Part shown: positions 50,321 through 59,662 of the stretch, piece by piece
Numbering within the stretch: position 1 is the stretch's first letter
Layout of the letters: the number at the start of each line of letters is the position of its first letter
Virus record (IMG/VR): IMGVR_UViG_3300035181_002344
Source: a virus
DNA: 64,000 nucleotides
Direction: 5' to 3' (one strand)
The notes under the pieces: model-generated
Seen by the model: the letters and a program-made list of their open reading frames with translations, nothing else
The model's database searches: none
Told to the model about the DNA's origin: nothing
Made by a program: the position numbers and the translations under genes

Positions 50321-53317
50321 ATGGGTCTTAAATTCAAAAATACAGCGGATATCAAAGCCGCACAATATGAAGGCATTAAGGTTTTACCACGCACACCTAA
50401 AAATCCAGAAGATTATCATGCCTTGCAGGATATTTTACGTCATAGACAGGTATATTTAGCAAAAGAATTGTATGGCAATGCAAGATTAACTTCAAATCCA
50501 TATTCTGTTCTTGCCGACGGAACTGTTCGCGTCAATGGTGTTTGGTATCTCGATGGATATCGTATGGAACTTAATTTACAGGCAGATGGGTATTTACCGC
50601 AGCCTCCATTTAATGAAACATATTATCTTGCTCTTTTAATAAAGTTTGTTACCATAGATTTCACTGAAGATCAAACTATTGCTTTAAAAGATCCATTAAC
50701 AAAAAAGATTGTTCCTACATCGGAACGTTATAAATTTGTATATAGCGCAACTATAATAAACGACCCAAATGTGTTAAGTGGTCTATCTGAATATGATGCC
50801 ACATATGTGCTTGCCAACATTCAATTTCAAAATGGTCAAATAACTTTTTCTGATCCAGACGATATATTCTATATATCTCTCAAATATGCAGAGGCCGCTG
50901 AATTAGCAGCATCAGCCATTCATAAGGATAGAGAAGGTTGGGCAAATATAGATAAATTACGTTCAAGCGATAAGTTACCTGCATATAAAATTTATGAGGA
51001 CGATCATGAAATTTCCTTTGTTCTTGAAGGTAAAAATGGACGTCGTTTTGTTTTAAAAGGAACAAAATCTGGGGATGATCTTTTTACTTCACTCAGTTTA
51101 TATGGTTTTGATCCTAATGAAAATATTACGATTGATTCTAAATCGTTATCTCTTAAAAGTGGTCTATATTCTTTTGATGCTAATGATCAAAAATTCCAGC
51201 ATATTATCGAAGGTGGACATTCATTTGAAACTTCAGCATCTAAAATGGAATATAAGTCCATACCCTCGAATACATCTGTTAAAGCTGAATTGGTCTATAA
51301 AAATTTAGAAAACTGGAGTTCTTCAGTAAATTTAGCGAGTGGTTCTTCTACCGTTGGAAGCAGCGGATATGGAAAAGCGAGTGCTATATCTTCAAGTAAT
51401 TTTTCTACATATACTTTTTCTGTCCTTAAAGAAAATCTTCCCCAGGATTATCTTTTTAAGGTTAATTCGCGTCTATCAAGTGAAGATTTATCAAGTGGTG
51501 GCATTTTAGTAACGTTTACATATATAGCTACCAGTGGAGAAGTACCTATCCAGAAGAAATTTTATTCATTTGATACTCTTGATAAAGCCGAAGGAGACTA
51601 TTTTTCCATATATGGAGTAAGTCTCGATAGTCAAGCTACAGAACATTCATTTCAATTAAAATATGAGCTTCAATCCACTTCGGGCACTGCTCGTGTTGAA
51701 TTTAGTAATATGGGCAATGTCGTTTGGAAAAAATATGACAATCCATTATTATTGTTTAATATACCGAATATGGTTATTGGTGATTTTTTCTTTTTTACCG
51801 ACAGCAATGGGGCTTTGCGTGTTAAAAGAGTTACCACTGATGTAGATGCTTTATCTGATGCTCATAACCAACCAGCTGGAAGTAGCGTTGATGATCCTGG
51901 TGGTAAATTAGTTGGTTCTGGATCTAGTGCTCCTAGTGGTTCTGGCGGATTTACAGATTTTGTATATACGACTGACAATGATAAACAATATGGCGTAAGT
52001 GTTGATGGTTCTGTTGTTAAATTAAATTTATATGATATTAGCAAAGCTGGTATTGATGCTAATCTACCTGCTCTTATTAAAAAATCTTATTTTGATGGTG
52101 TAGCTGATCAAGTTACTCAATATGGCGTTACTATCCAAAATCATACTGACGAATTAGGCGATATAGAAATTAAGCTTAATCAATTAATTAATACTGATCG
52201 TAAAGATAATATTCCTGCAAAAGTTGCATATGTTTCACCTTCGTGGACTGGACAAACGACCCCAGCTTTTCCTTATTTTACAACGATTACTGGTGCTGTT
52301 GAGGCATTAAAAAATACTAAAGGTACTGTATTTGTTATGCCGGGCGAATATACTGAAGATATCGTATTAAGAGATGGTGTTGATATTATAGCATTGGATC
52401 CTAATAATACTATTTTACATGGTACAATATCCGATGCAACTATTAAAAGTGCTACAATTAGAAGTTCTTTCCCTTATATTTTTGATTCCGATAATGGTTC
52501 TGGTGTCAAATGTTATGTAAAATTAAATGTTGATAATGCTAATGTTCAAAATTTACCATGTTATTATATAATTCGTCCTGGAAGCGAGATTAAATCTGAA
52601 GGATTATTATTAACTAATACGATGTCAACCAGTGGAACCTCATATGGTATTGGCATTGGTATGGGCACTGTTATTGTTACTTCTGGAACTTTTATGCATA
52701 AAGGAGATATGGGTAATAAAACAAATTTATGCGGAGGCATTCATATCGAAGCTGAAGGTGCTGTTAAGGTTTTTGTCGATGGTAATATTTGGACTAATAC
52801 GCGTGGAATTTATATTAATAGAGGCAATGGATATGTTCCTGGTGCATCTTTTGTTCAAGTAAATGGCAATATCTTCCATAATTCTTCTGTAAGGGGATTT
52901 AGTAATTTTAATAATGCAATTAATGCTGGGTTAAATTCAACTATTGTGGTAAATGGAGATGTTGTAGTAAACGGCACGGGACATGCATGTATAACTGATA
53001 GTTCTGGTCAAATGTTTAGTAATGTTTATTTAAATAGTAATATAGTATTTTGTAGAAACGATCGAGCTTTTACATCATTCTTAAATAATAGTGGTTCCGA
53101 TCCTAGTGAATCCAGTCGTAGTGGAAATATTACTGTAAACAATGGCAAAGTCATTCAAGCTACTAGCAGCGATGATTATTTTGCTAGTTGTCTTAATTCT
53201 CTAACTGGTCCATTAGTATCAAATAAATCAGAACAACATAATGGTATACTTTGGTCGGTTACGACAGTAAATACTTATCCTTATTTCTATAATCCATACG
53301 ATACAATTTTCCAATAG
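50321..53317 (+). CDS. Tail spike/fibre with C-terminal pectin-lyase-like beta-helix
   Basis: 998 aa. VAYVSP..YFTTITGAVEA..GTVFVMPGEYTEDIVLRDGVDIIA is the typical start of a right-handed beta-helix, followed by Gly/Asn/Ile-rich rungs. Confidence 0.65.
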   Translation: MGLKFKNTADIKAAQYEGIKVLPRTPKNPEDYHALQDILRHRQVYLAKELYGNARLTSNPYSVLADGTVRVNGVWYLDGYRMELNLQADGYLPQPPFNETYYLALLIKFVTIDFTEDQTIALKDPLTKKIVPTSERYKFVYSATIINDPNVLSGLSEYDATYVLANIQFQNGQITFSDPDDIFYISLKYAEAAELAASAIHKDREGWANIDKLRSSDKLPAYKIYEDDHEISFVLEGKNGRRFVLKGTKSGDDLFTSLSLYGFDPNENITIDSKSLSLKSGLYSFDANDQKFQHIIEGGHSFETSASKMEYKSIPSNTSVKAELVYKNLENWSSSVNLASGSSTVGSSGYGKASAISSSNFSTYTFSVLKENLPQDYLFKVNSRLSSEDLSSGGILVTFTYIATSGEVPIQKKFYSFDTLDKAEGDYFSIYGVSLDSQATEHSFQLKYELQSTSGTARVEFSNMGNVVWKKYDNPLLLFNIPNMVIGDFFFFTDSNGALRVKRVTTDVDALSDAHNQPAGSSVDDPGGKLVGSGSSAPSGSGGFTDFVYTTDNDKQYGVSVDGSVVKLNLYDISKAGIDANLPALIKKSYFDGVADQVTQYGVTIQNHTDELGDIEIKLNQLINTDRKDNIPAKVAYVSPSWTGQTTPAFPYFTTITGAVEALKNTKGTVFVMPGEYTEDIVLRDGVDIIALDPNNTILHGTISDATIKSATIRSSFPYIFDSDNGSGVKCYVKLNVDNANVQNLPCYYIIRPGSEIKSEGLLLTNTMSTSGTSYGIGIGMGTVIVTSGTFMHKGDMGNKTNLCGGIHIEAEGAVKVFVDGNIWTNTRGIYINRGNGYVPGASFVQVNGNIFHNSSVRGFSNFNNAINAGLNSTIVVNGDVVVNGTGHACITDSSGQMFSNVYLNSNIVFCRNDRAFTSFLNNSGSDPSESSRSGNITVNNGKVIQATSSDDYFASCLNSLTGPLVSNKSEQHNGILWSVTTVNTYPYFYNPYDTIFQ

Positions 53318-53325
53318 GGTAATTT

Positions 53326-53856
53326 ATGGGCGAAGATATAATATCTTTACTGAAAGAAAAAATAGACAAACTTGAAACGCAGTTACGTAGTGTTGAAGAA
53401 AAACTTCAAACGCATAATCTTGTGCATATTGAAATAGCAAAGGAACAAGCTGAAATTATGGAATGGAGACGCAGAATAGAGATTACACTTCAAGAGCTTG
53501 ATGCAAATGATAAGCATATACGTGCCTCTTTGCATAAATTGTTAGGTCGCACGCCAGATTTTGCTGTGCAGGTCTCTAAAGATAACGCTGGTCCTAAAAG
53601 AATGATGAGCGATGTGGTTTCTGAAATGTATGATTTTTTATCTATATTTAAAAAATATCCTAAAGAACAAATTTCCGACTATCTTGACACGGCTACATCA
53701 ATGATGAATCAATGGAATGTATTAAAAAAATGGAAAGTATTACATATACTTATTGTTTTATTAATTCTAAATTTATTATCAAATTTGAGAATAAATACAG
53801 ATATGTTCAAAATAATATTTGACCATGTATTGAATATTTTTGGTGCAAAATTATGA
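53326..53856 (+). CDS. Coiled-coil membrane protein (holin/antiholin-like)
   Basis: N-terminal coiled coil and C-terminal hydrophobic helix VLHILIVLLILNLL. Confidence 0.45.
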   Translation: MGEDIISLLKEKIDKLETQLRSVEEKLQTHNLVHIEIAKEQAEIMEWRRRIEITLQELDANDKHIRASLHKLLGRTPDFAVQVSKDNAGPKRMMSDVVSEMYDFLSIFKKYPKEQISDYLDTATSMMNQWNVLKKWKVLHILIVLLILNLLSNLRINTDMFKIIFDHVLNIFGAKL

Positions 53857-54242
53857 TAACTGGTGATATTGTTTTTCTTAAAAGCAATGATGAGATTCTT
53901 AAATCTTACATTGCATATGATAAAAATCTTGTTGTTGGTACTAATTTATTTGGTATCACGCTCGAGACTATTGATTATTTAAGAAAAAAAGGGGATGTAT
54001 CAATTATGCGTCCTAAAAAAGATCCAAAATATTTTAGACGCAATGAATTAGCAAGCTATTTAAGGGAGCTCATCATGAAAACTAAACGGCTTTCTTATAA
54101 AGAGCGGATAAACTTTATTAGGTATATTGTTATGCTTTACAATCAGATATTTAAGATAGATTTAATAGAGCACCCCGCTATTGAGATTAATAATAAAAAT
54201 GTTTATAATTCTCCAGAATTAGTTGAGGAATTTTATATATGA
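53853..54242 (+). CDS. Hypothetical protein, possibly a degenerate permuted NlpC/P60
   Basis: MITGDIVFLKS..VSIMRPK..YIVMLYNQIFKIDL..NVYNSPEL; contains no Cys. Confidence 0.35.
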   Translation: MITGDIVFLKSNDEILKSYIAYDKNLVVGTNLFGITLETIDYLRKKGDVSIMRPKKDPKYFRRNELASYLRELIMKTKRLSYKERINFIRYIVMLYNQIFKIDLIEHPAIEINNKNVYNSPELVEEFYI

Positions 54243-54982
54243 ATAATACAAATAAAATATTGTTGTGGGTATCTGCTGGTATTCTTGTAATACTATTATG
54301 TGTCGGAGGCTATTTTTTTATCAAATACCGAGATTATGTCTCTGAGAATCAATCTCTCAGTTGTCAATTTGCTGAACAACAAAAGATAGTTAAACGCGAT
54401 TCTACAACTTGGGAGCTATTAGCTTTAGAAGTTAAGTCGCTTAAATATGAAAATGAAACATTAAAGAAGACAATTAGTAAAGCTGAGCGTTCAGCTTATT
54501 TGCTTGCAAATATGAAATTTGATTTTAACGGTAAGAAAGACACTATCATTACTGTTGTTAAAGATACTGTTTCAAAGGTAAGGATGTTTGCAGGTACATA
54601 TTTGGATGGTATATATTTGGCGGGAAGCTTTGAACCGTATAATCCGTATAGATTATTTATTGATTCATTAAAAGCCTCGTTTGGAATTGATGTTGCTTTA
54701 TCTGAAGACAATGATAATAAATGGTTTTATGATATAGTTACTTCTTCAAAATATCTTGTGCCTAAGTATGTCAATGTGCAGGTTAGACCTAAAGAAAAGG
54801 TTAAGCGAATAGGATATTATTATGGAGCTGGATTGCATGGTAATTTTTCTGGTTCGTTATTTAAGGGTATTACTGTTGATGGCGGTTTTACATATGATAC
54901 CTATGGTGGTGGAATATATGTTGGTAATTTCGAAAAAAGTGGTTATTTCGGCATTAAAATATACAAATTTGGAGTGTTCTAA
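54239..54982 (+). CDS. Membrane-anchored, spanin-like protein
   Basis: N-terminal TM helix, coiled coil, then Gly/aromatic beta-strands ending in Phe. Confidence 0.5.
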   Translation: MNNTNKILLWVSAGILVILLCVGGYFFIKYRDYVSENQSLSCQFAEQQKIVKRDSTTWELLALEVKSLKYENETLKKTISKAERSAYLLANMKFDFNGKKDTIITVVKDTVSKVRMFAGTYLDGIYLAGSFEPYNPYRLFIDSLKASFGIDVALSEDNDNKWFYDIVTSSKYLVPKYVNVQVRPKEKVKRIGYYYGAGLHGNFSGSLFKGITVDGGFTYDTYGGGIYVGNFEKSGYFGIKIYKFGVF

Positions 54983-55248
54983 TGGATTTAACTCAACTAA
55001 CAGCTGCTGTTACTCAGCTGCAGAAAGATGTGGTTACTATTAATAAAATGATTAGTACCATTTTAGAAACCATCACCTCTCTTCCAAACACATATGCTAG
55101 CAAGCTGGAATTTAAACAATTGGATATGTTTAGAGGCGAACAGATACAAAGTATCTTAGATGAATTAAATGGTACCCCGGATATTACCGGACTATCTGAA
55201 AGAGTTGCAAATCTTGAACGGATTCTCTCTCAGCCTCCCAAATCCTAA
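54982..55248 (+). CDS. Hypothetical coiled-coil protein
   Basis: 88 aa with heptad pattern; last gene of the + strand block. Confidence 0.5.
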   Translation: MDLTQLTAAVTQLQKDVVTINKMISTILETITSLPNTYASKLEFKQLDMFRGEQIQSILDELNGTPDITGLSERVANLERILSQPPKS

Positions 55249-55282
55249 CATCACCTCTTAGCAATAACCATTATCTCTCTCG

Positions 55283-55332
55283 ATAAATATAGCCACCCAA
55301 AGATTAAGACACAAGTTTAATCTTCAGGTGGC
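55283..55332 (-). terminator. Terminator hairpin between convergent modules
   Basis: Minus strand GCCACCTGAAGATTAA-AC-TTGT-GT-C-TTAATCTTTGGGTGGC pairs with G:U wobbles, followed by TATATTTAT. Confidence 0.7.
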
Positions 55333-55346
55333 AAATAAACGTCGCA

Positions 55347-55781
55347 CTATATGACGATTACGCGATTTATATCTTTCTCAATTACAAAATTGGCAGCTGT
55401 TTGTATGTATTCTGGCGAATACTCTATTTTATCTTGAACTAATATCACAATATCATATAAACGGCCTCTGAATACCTCTCCAAGAGTCGCATTTTTAATA
55501 TCTACAGGAACAAACGTCCACTGCCCTGCTCGATTGTAGATTCCATTCTCAGCGAATGAATTTGACATCGGATATCCATTATCTGCGAATACTTTCTTTA
55601 ATTTGAAATGCATATATTCTAGCATAACATCATTTCCAATAACCATTCCATGAAATTTTGGCGTTGTCTTGCGTAATTCTGCATCGTCCATCGTTAGCCA
55701 ATTATCTGGGAGACGGTTTACCTCCCAGTATGGCTGAAAATATTCGAGTATTCGCTCTTCAAATGTTTGAATTTTGTCCAT
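55347..55781 (-). CDS. Hypothetical protein
   Basis: 144-aa ORF coupled to the kinase gene. Confidence 0.55.
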   Translation of the reverse strand: MDKIQTFEERILEYFQPYWEVNRLPDNWLTMDDAELRKTTPKFHGMVIGNDVMLEYMHFKLKKVFADNGYPMSNSFAENGIYNRAGQWTFVPVDIKNATLGEVFRGRLYDIVILVQDKIEYSPEYIQTAANFVIEKDINRVIVI

Positions 55782-56527
55782 TAGACCGCCTTTTTATTGT
55801 CGGACCAAATATTAATAATATTATCAAAAGTTTCAAGCGATGATGCACGAAGTTTATCTATATCCTTGTCCATGCAATCAATTGTAAAATCAGCTTTTAT
55901 TTTATCCAGCTCAATTTCTGATGGATGCTTGGGGTCTCTGTCTGTAGCTAAATATTGAGTTCCATCCTGCTTCCATCTATTAACTCTGACGAAAAAGCCA
56001 TTTATTGATTTTATGAATTTGTATTCATTTAGGAATCGCGTATCTGGAATTAAAATAATAGCATTTGGATCCATATCTTCTATTTGCTTTTTAATAATAT
56101 TGACCCAATAATTGCCGCCAAAGTATGTTCTGCGATAATCAGTTCCCCAAAACTGTAAAATCTCAGCGTCTTTCTCTTCCATCCGATGATATACGTCTAT
56201 GTTTCTATCTTCGAATATTTTATGAAGTCGGGGAACTTCTTCAATAGAATAATGTCCATAAATAGCTGTTGATTTATCTGCTTTAAAATATTTCTCAAAG
56301 ATCATGTATTCGTTTACTTGTTTGCGCGTGTTAAATATGCGTATAGCAAGAGGATTATTTTCATCTTCTCTTGACACCTCTGCATATAAAGCATCTGCCC
56401 AATGCATAATAATAACATCGCCGTAAACATCTTTTATGTATCTAGCCGCATAATCTTTACCCTGTCTAGCTTTGTTTCCAAAGCCTATTACTAGTGGATA
56501 TTGTTTATTTTTCATCTGCGTCCTCAA
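55781..56527 (-). CDS. Deoxynucleoside monophosphate kinase
   Basis: GFGNKARQGKDYAA P-loop-like motif, WADAL, ILQFWGTDYRR, IPDTRFLNE and HPSE. Confidence 0.85.
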   Translation of the reverse strand: MRTQMKNKQYPLVIGFGNKARQGKDYAARYIKDVYGDVIIMHWADALYAEVSREDENNPLAIRIFNTRKQVNEYMIFEKYFKADKSTAIYGHYSIEEVPRLHKIFEDRNIDVYHRMEEKDAEILQFWGTDYRRTYFGGNYWVNIIKKQIEDMDPNAIILIPDTRFLNEYKFIKSINGFFVRVNRWKQDGTQYLATDRDPKHPSEIELDKIKADFTIDCMDKDIDKLRASSLETFDNIINIWSDNKKAV

Positions 56528-56855
56528 ATAATTCTAATTGCTGGGGATCTTTAAAATTAATATCTTGTATTCCCCCGAGTTTCATACGTAGTTTAATTAA
56601 ATAACTGATTGCTAGTTCTATTTTGTCAAAAGCCCCTGCCTCATCTCCCTTCTCTGCTAATTCTTCTGCCTCAAGTAATTGCGTATTAACATAAAATCTC
56701 CGTATATGCCTAATCTCTTGATGCAATAAATGTTTTGAGCTAGGAAGTTCTTCATCTGCGGTATTTAGCAAGCTTTCATATTTGAATATATGTTTAAGCT
56801 TCGGCAAAATGATTTCTTTGATATAGTCTAATTTCATTGCGTGATAATCTATCAT
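56505..56855 (-). CDS. Hypothetical protein
   Basis: 116 aa, helical, SD AAGGAG. Confidence 0.6.
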   Translation of the reverse strand: MIDYHAMKLDYIKEIILPKLKHIFKYESLLNTADEELPSSKHLLHQEIRHIRRFYVNTQLLEAEELAEKGDEAGAFDKIELAISYLIKLRMKLGGIQDINFKDPQQLELFEDADEK

Positions 56856-56885
56856 AGTTACTCCTTATGCGACGAAGACAACCAT

Positions 56886-57893
56886 TTAGGTTGTCTTCTC
56901 TACTCGCTTATGTTTCTTTTGTGGTTTTTGTCCTTTGACGCCAAGATGGTCTGCAATAGCTTCTTGTGTCCAGCATATATCTTTGAATCCGCAATAGCTA
57001 CAATTCCAATCGCCAGGACGTTCATTAGGCTTTTTCTTAAAATCATCGTATTTTGATTTTGATAGGCGACCAGCAGCATATTCTGCTTCTATTTTGTCAT
57101 CTGTATAGACTAATTCGTAATCTCTTGGTGGCAATTCTAATTCTTCTTTTGCCTTGCCAGAGCTTAATTCTTTAACAGCGTTTTTTACATAGTTTCCTAA
57201 TAGCTCGAAACGTTCTATAACATTTTCATAATAGAAGCGCATATCAGGAACTCCATCTACAACTACACGATGTCTTCCTGTTGCATCTGGTTCTAATGTT
57301 ATATCAAATTCAATGCGACTCATATTATCCCTTAAAAGATATACAAGTTTGCCGCCGACCAAATCTTCATCATCTTTGAAATTCCATAGGTAAGTGCTCA
57401 ATTGAAGCACATGTTCAATCATTGGTCTACCTTTGGTTTCATTTCGTCCTCCGAATAGCTCCCTTTCTTTTATGTATCCATATGTAGATTTACATTCTAT
57501 GAATATTTTTCCTCCTCCATCAGGATGCCGTGCTATAATATCTATTTCGCCAGACACCATTGTTTTGGGGTCCCAAAATTTGACAGAGCGGTTATCATAT
57601 ATGCCGGCTATTTTAACTAATTCTGCAATAAAATCTTCTATTTGCCGTCCAAATTCAAAAATAAACTCTGCTTTTATTCCATTTGGGGCCTCTGGGAAGC
57701 CAAATATTCTGTAGAACGATTTTCTATGGCATCCACCAGCTATTGAGGCTGTATTCGTTTCTGGATCTATTAAAACAACGCTTGCTTCAGATGGATAGAG
57801 AGAAATACGTCTATTGCCTTCGAATCGATCTCTTACTAAAGCGTTATCTAGCGTTTCCCAAAACTTGAAACTATTCAATAGTTTCTGATTCAT
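56886..57893 (-). CDS. Cas4/AddB-like PD-(D/E)XK exonuclease with 4-Cys (Fe-S) motif
   Basis: GGCHRKSFY, SGEIDII, IECKS, QLSTY and WNCSYCGFKDIC; likely ATG start at 57893 (SD GGAGA). Confidence 0.8.
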   Translation of the reverse strand: MNQKLLNSFKFWETLDNALVRDRFEGNRRISLYPSEASVVLIDPETNTASIAGGCHRKSFYRIFGFPEAPNGIKAEFIFEFGRQIEDFIAELVKIAGIYDNRSVKFWDPKTMVSGEIDIIARHPDGGGKIFIECKSTYGYIKERELFGGRNETKGRPMIEHVLQLSTYLWNFKDDEDLVGGKLVYLLRDNMSRIEFDITLEPDATGRHRVVVDGVPDMRFYYENVIERFELLGNYVKNAVKELSSGKAKEELELPPRDYELVYTDDKIEAEYAAGRLSKSKYDDFKKKPNERPGDWNCSYCGFKDICWTQEAIADHLGVKGQKPQKKHKRVEKTT

Positions 57894-58070
57894 AATTGTC
57901 TCCGTGTTGAAATCCAATTGGATATTTATTGTTAATAATAACTTCTGTTAATTTAGATTGGGCTTCAGCCATATTGAATAATCCGCGCAATTGTTCAATA
58001 GGCTGATTTGCCCGATTATTTCCAACGCCAGATCGATCAGCCATCTGCAGATAAGAGATAATCCTCAAGT

Positions 58071-58763
58071 TTATTCGGAACGTTGGTTTTTAATTTTACT
58101 TAGCTTTCCGATTAGTTGTTTTTTAATACGTGTAATATTATGCGGCAATCTTAATTGTTCATGTGTAAACTCAAATGTTGTCAATAACGTTTCCCATATG
58201 CTATCTCCGTTACACAATGCATTATAGCAGATGCGTCTTTCAACGGGATTGAGTTGCATTGGCGCAATTAAGAAAAGCCAGCCGTCATCTAAAAGCCATC
58301 TTTCATCAATAACAAATGTTTCTTCAAAAGACACTTGTGGTTCTTCTTCAATGGCTTCGTATTTGAATTCGTTAATACTAAGCTTCTTGATTTCGTTGGC
58401 CACTGCAAAGATCGTTTGTCTTTGTAATATTTCTCTAAGAGGATTCTTCGGATGTCTTAATTTTATATACCATTCGGCATATTCTTTATATGCAATAAAC
58501 AGTATTGACTCAAAATGGTCAATCGAGTAGATATTAATTATGCTTTGACATAGATCGATGGTTTTTGTTACATCTAATTTATAATCAAATCTGCCTCGCA
58601 TTACATTAATGAAGAATTTTGCCGTTTGTACTGATGTATCCATTGATAGAAAGGTTTCTAAATAGCTTCTAAAAATATGACGGCGTTTTATATAAAACTT
58701 GTTGATTCCCTCGTTTTCGATAACTGGCGTAAGATGGTATTCTAAACTACTAAGGCTTAGCAT
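58071..58763 (-). CDS. Putative sigma-factor-like / HTH protein
   Basis: Helical protein; C-terminal QLNPVERRICY..NGDSIWE..NITRIKKQLIGKL resembles sigma region 4. Confidence 0.4.
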   Translation of the reverse strand: MLSLSSLEYHLTPVIENEGINKFYIKRRHIFRSYLETFLSMDTSVQTAKFFINVMRGRFDYKLDVTKTIDLCQSIINIYSIDHFESILFIAYKEYAEWYIKLRHPKNPLREILQRQTIFAVANEIKKLSINEFKYEAIEEEPQVSFEETFVIDERWLLDDGWLFLIAPMQLNPVERRICYNALCNGDSIWETLLTTFEFTHEQLRLPHNITRIKKQLIGKLSKIKNQRSE

Positions 58764-59334
58764 TGTAAAAGAATATCTCCGTGCGCGGAAATTCTGTATC
58801 GTATCTTACTCTAGAATCTGAATGGTGCGATGCAATAATACCGCAGTGATCGTCTTTTATGATACCAGCTCTGACTAAAATATCTTGTGGTGCTTCGTAA
58901 AGGTTAGAGATATCAACTCTTCGCTTAGAATCACGATAGAAATTAAATTTCAAAGTATATGGCGGATCATTTGGTATAAATGCGGGGAAATATTTTTGGA
59001 AATATGCTAGATAGTATTCTTCAAAAGGAGCATATCTTTTATTTGGTAATCTCATTCCATGGAAGTTTGTCTGCGAATTTTTCTTTATCACAGGATTACC
59101 CATTAATATAAAGAAGCAGATAGCTCCTGTTTCTATTGAGTTTTTTAATGCGGCCGAATGTATTTCTTCGGGTACTATTGTATAAACATCATTTTTAATC
59201 ATATGCTTAACAATTGTGCTTTCAGAAACATCAGCTAATTTAGCTATTGCTCCATACCAAAGGCCTTTATCGGCATATTTTTTTAACCATTCTGCGTCTC
59301 TATAAGATCGATCTAACGTCTTGGTTTTTGCCAT
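58750..59334 (-). CDS. rusA: RusA-like Holliday junction resolvase with N-terminal HTH
   Basis: GNPVIKKNS, LKFNFYRDSKRRVDISNL..DILVRAGIIKDD and PRTEI; N-terminal YGAIAKLADVSESTIVKHM HTH. Confidence 0.75.
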   Translation of the reverse strand: MAKTKTLDRSYRDAEWLKKYADKGLWYGAIAKLADVSESTIVKHMIKNDVYTIVPEEIHSAALKNSIETGAICFFILMGNPVIKKNSQTNFHGMRLPNKRYAPFEEYYLAYFQKYFPAFIPNDPPYTLKFNFYRDSKRRVDISNLYEAPQDILVRAGIIKDDHCGIIASHHSDSRVRYDTEFPRTEIFFYNAKP

Positions 59335-59662
59335 ATACCTTGCGTCCTCCTATTAGATATGCTTTGATAAAACCCATGGCTACCTGATTTGAATAAGACA
59401 TAATTTCTTGGGTTTCTAGTTTAAGTTTCATTTCTGGAAAGGGAGCAACATAATTAAATGCTGATGGGTCAAAGTCTTCTGGGTTTGCTACCATATCTTC
59501 AAAAATAACTTTTGGTTCAGCATATATCTTTTTTTCTCCATCATCTGCTGCTCCCCATCCGATTTCTTTAAATAAATCTGTGGCCATTAATAGAGCGCTT
59601 ACAGTTTGGACTATTCTTTCTTCATCCGATGTTAAGGTTGGTTTTTGTGCGTTGGCTTCCAT
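59300..59662 (-). CDS. Hypothetical protein
   Basis: 120-aa acidic ORF within the operon. Confidence 0.5.
   Translation of the reverse strand: MEANAQKPTLTSDEERIVQTVSALLMATDLFKEIGWGAADDGEKKIYAEPKVIFEDMVANPEDFDPSAFNYVAPFPEMKLKLETQEIMSYSNQVAMGFIKAYLIGGRKVYGKNQDVRSIL

Noticed and set aside
39732-53317. Diversity-generating retroelement or invertible cassette acting on fibre genes
   Set aside because: No reverse transcriptase, invertase or template/variable repeat pair was seen in the window
57871-58068. 65-aa ORF between the sigma-like and exonuclease genes
   Set aside because: No convincing SD or motif; could be a gene or a regulatory gap, not supportable either way
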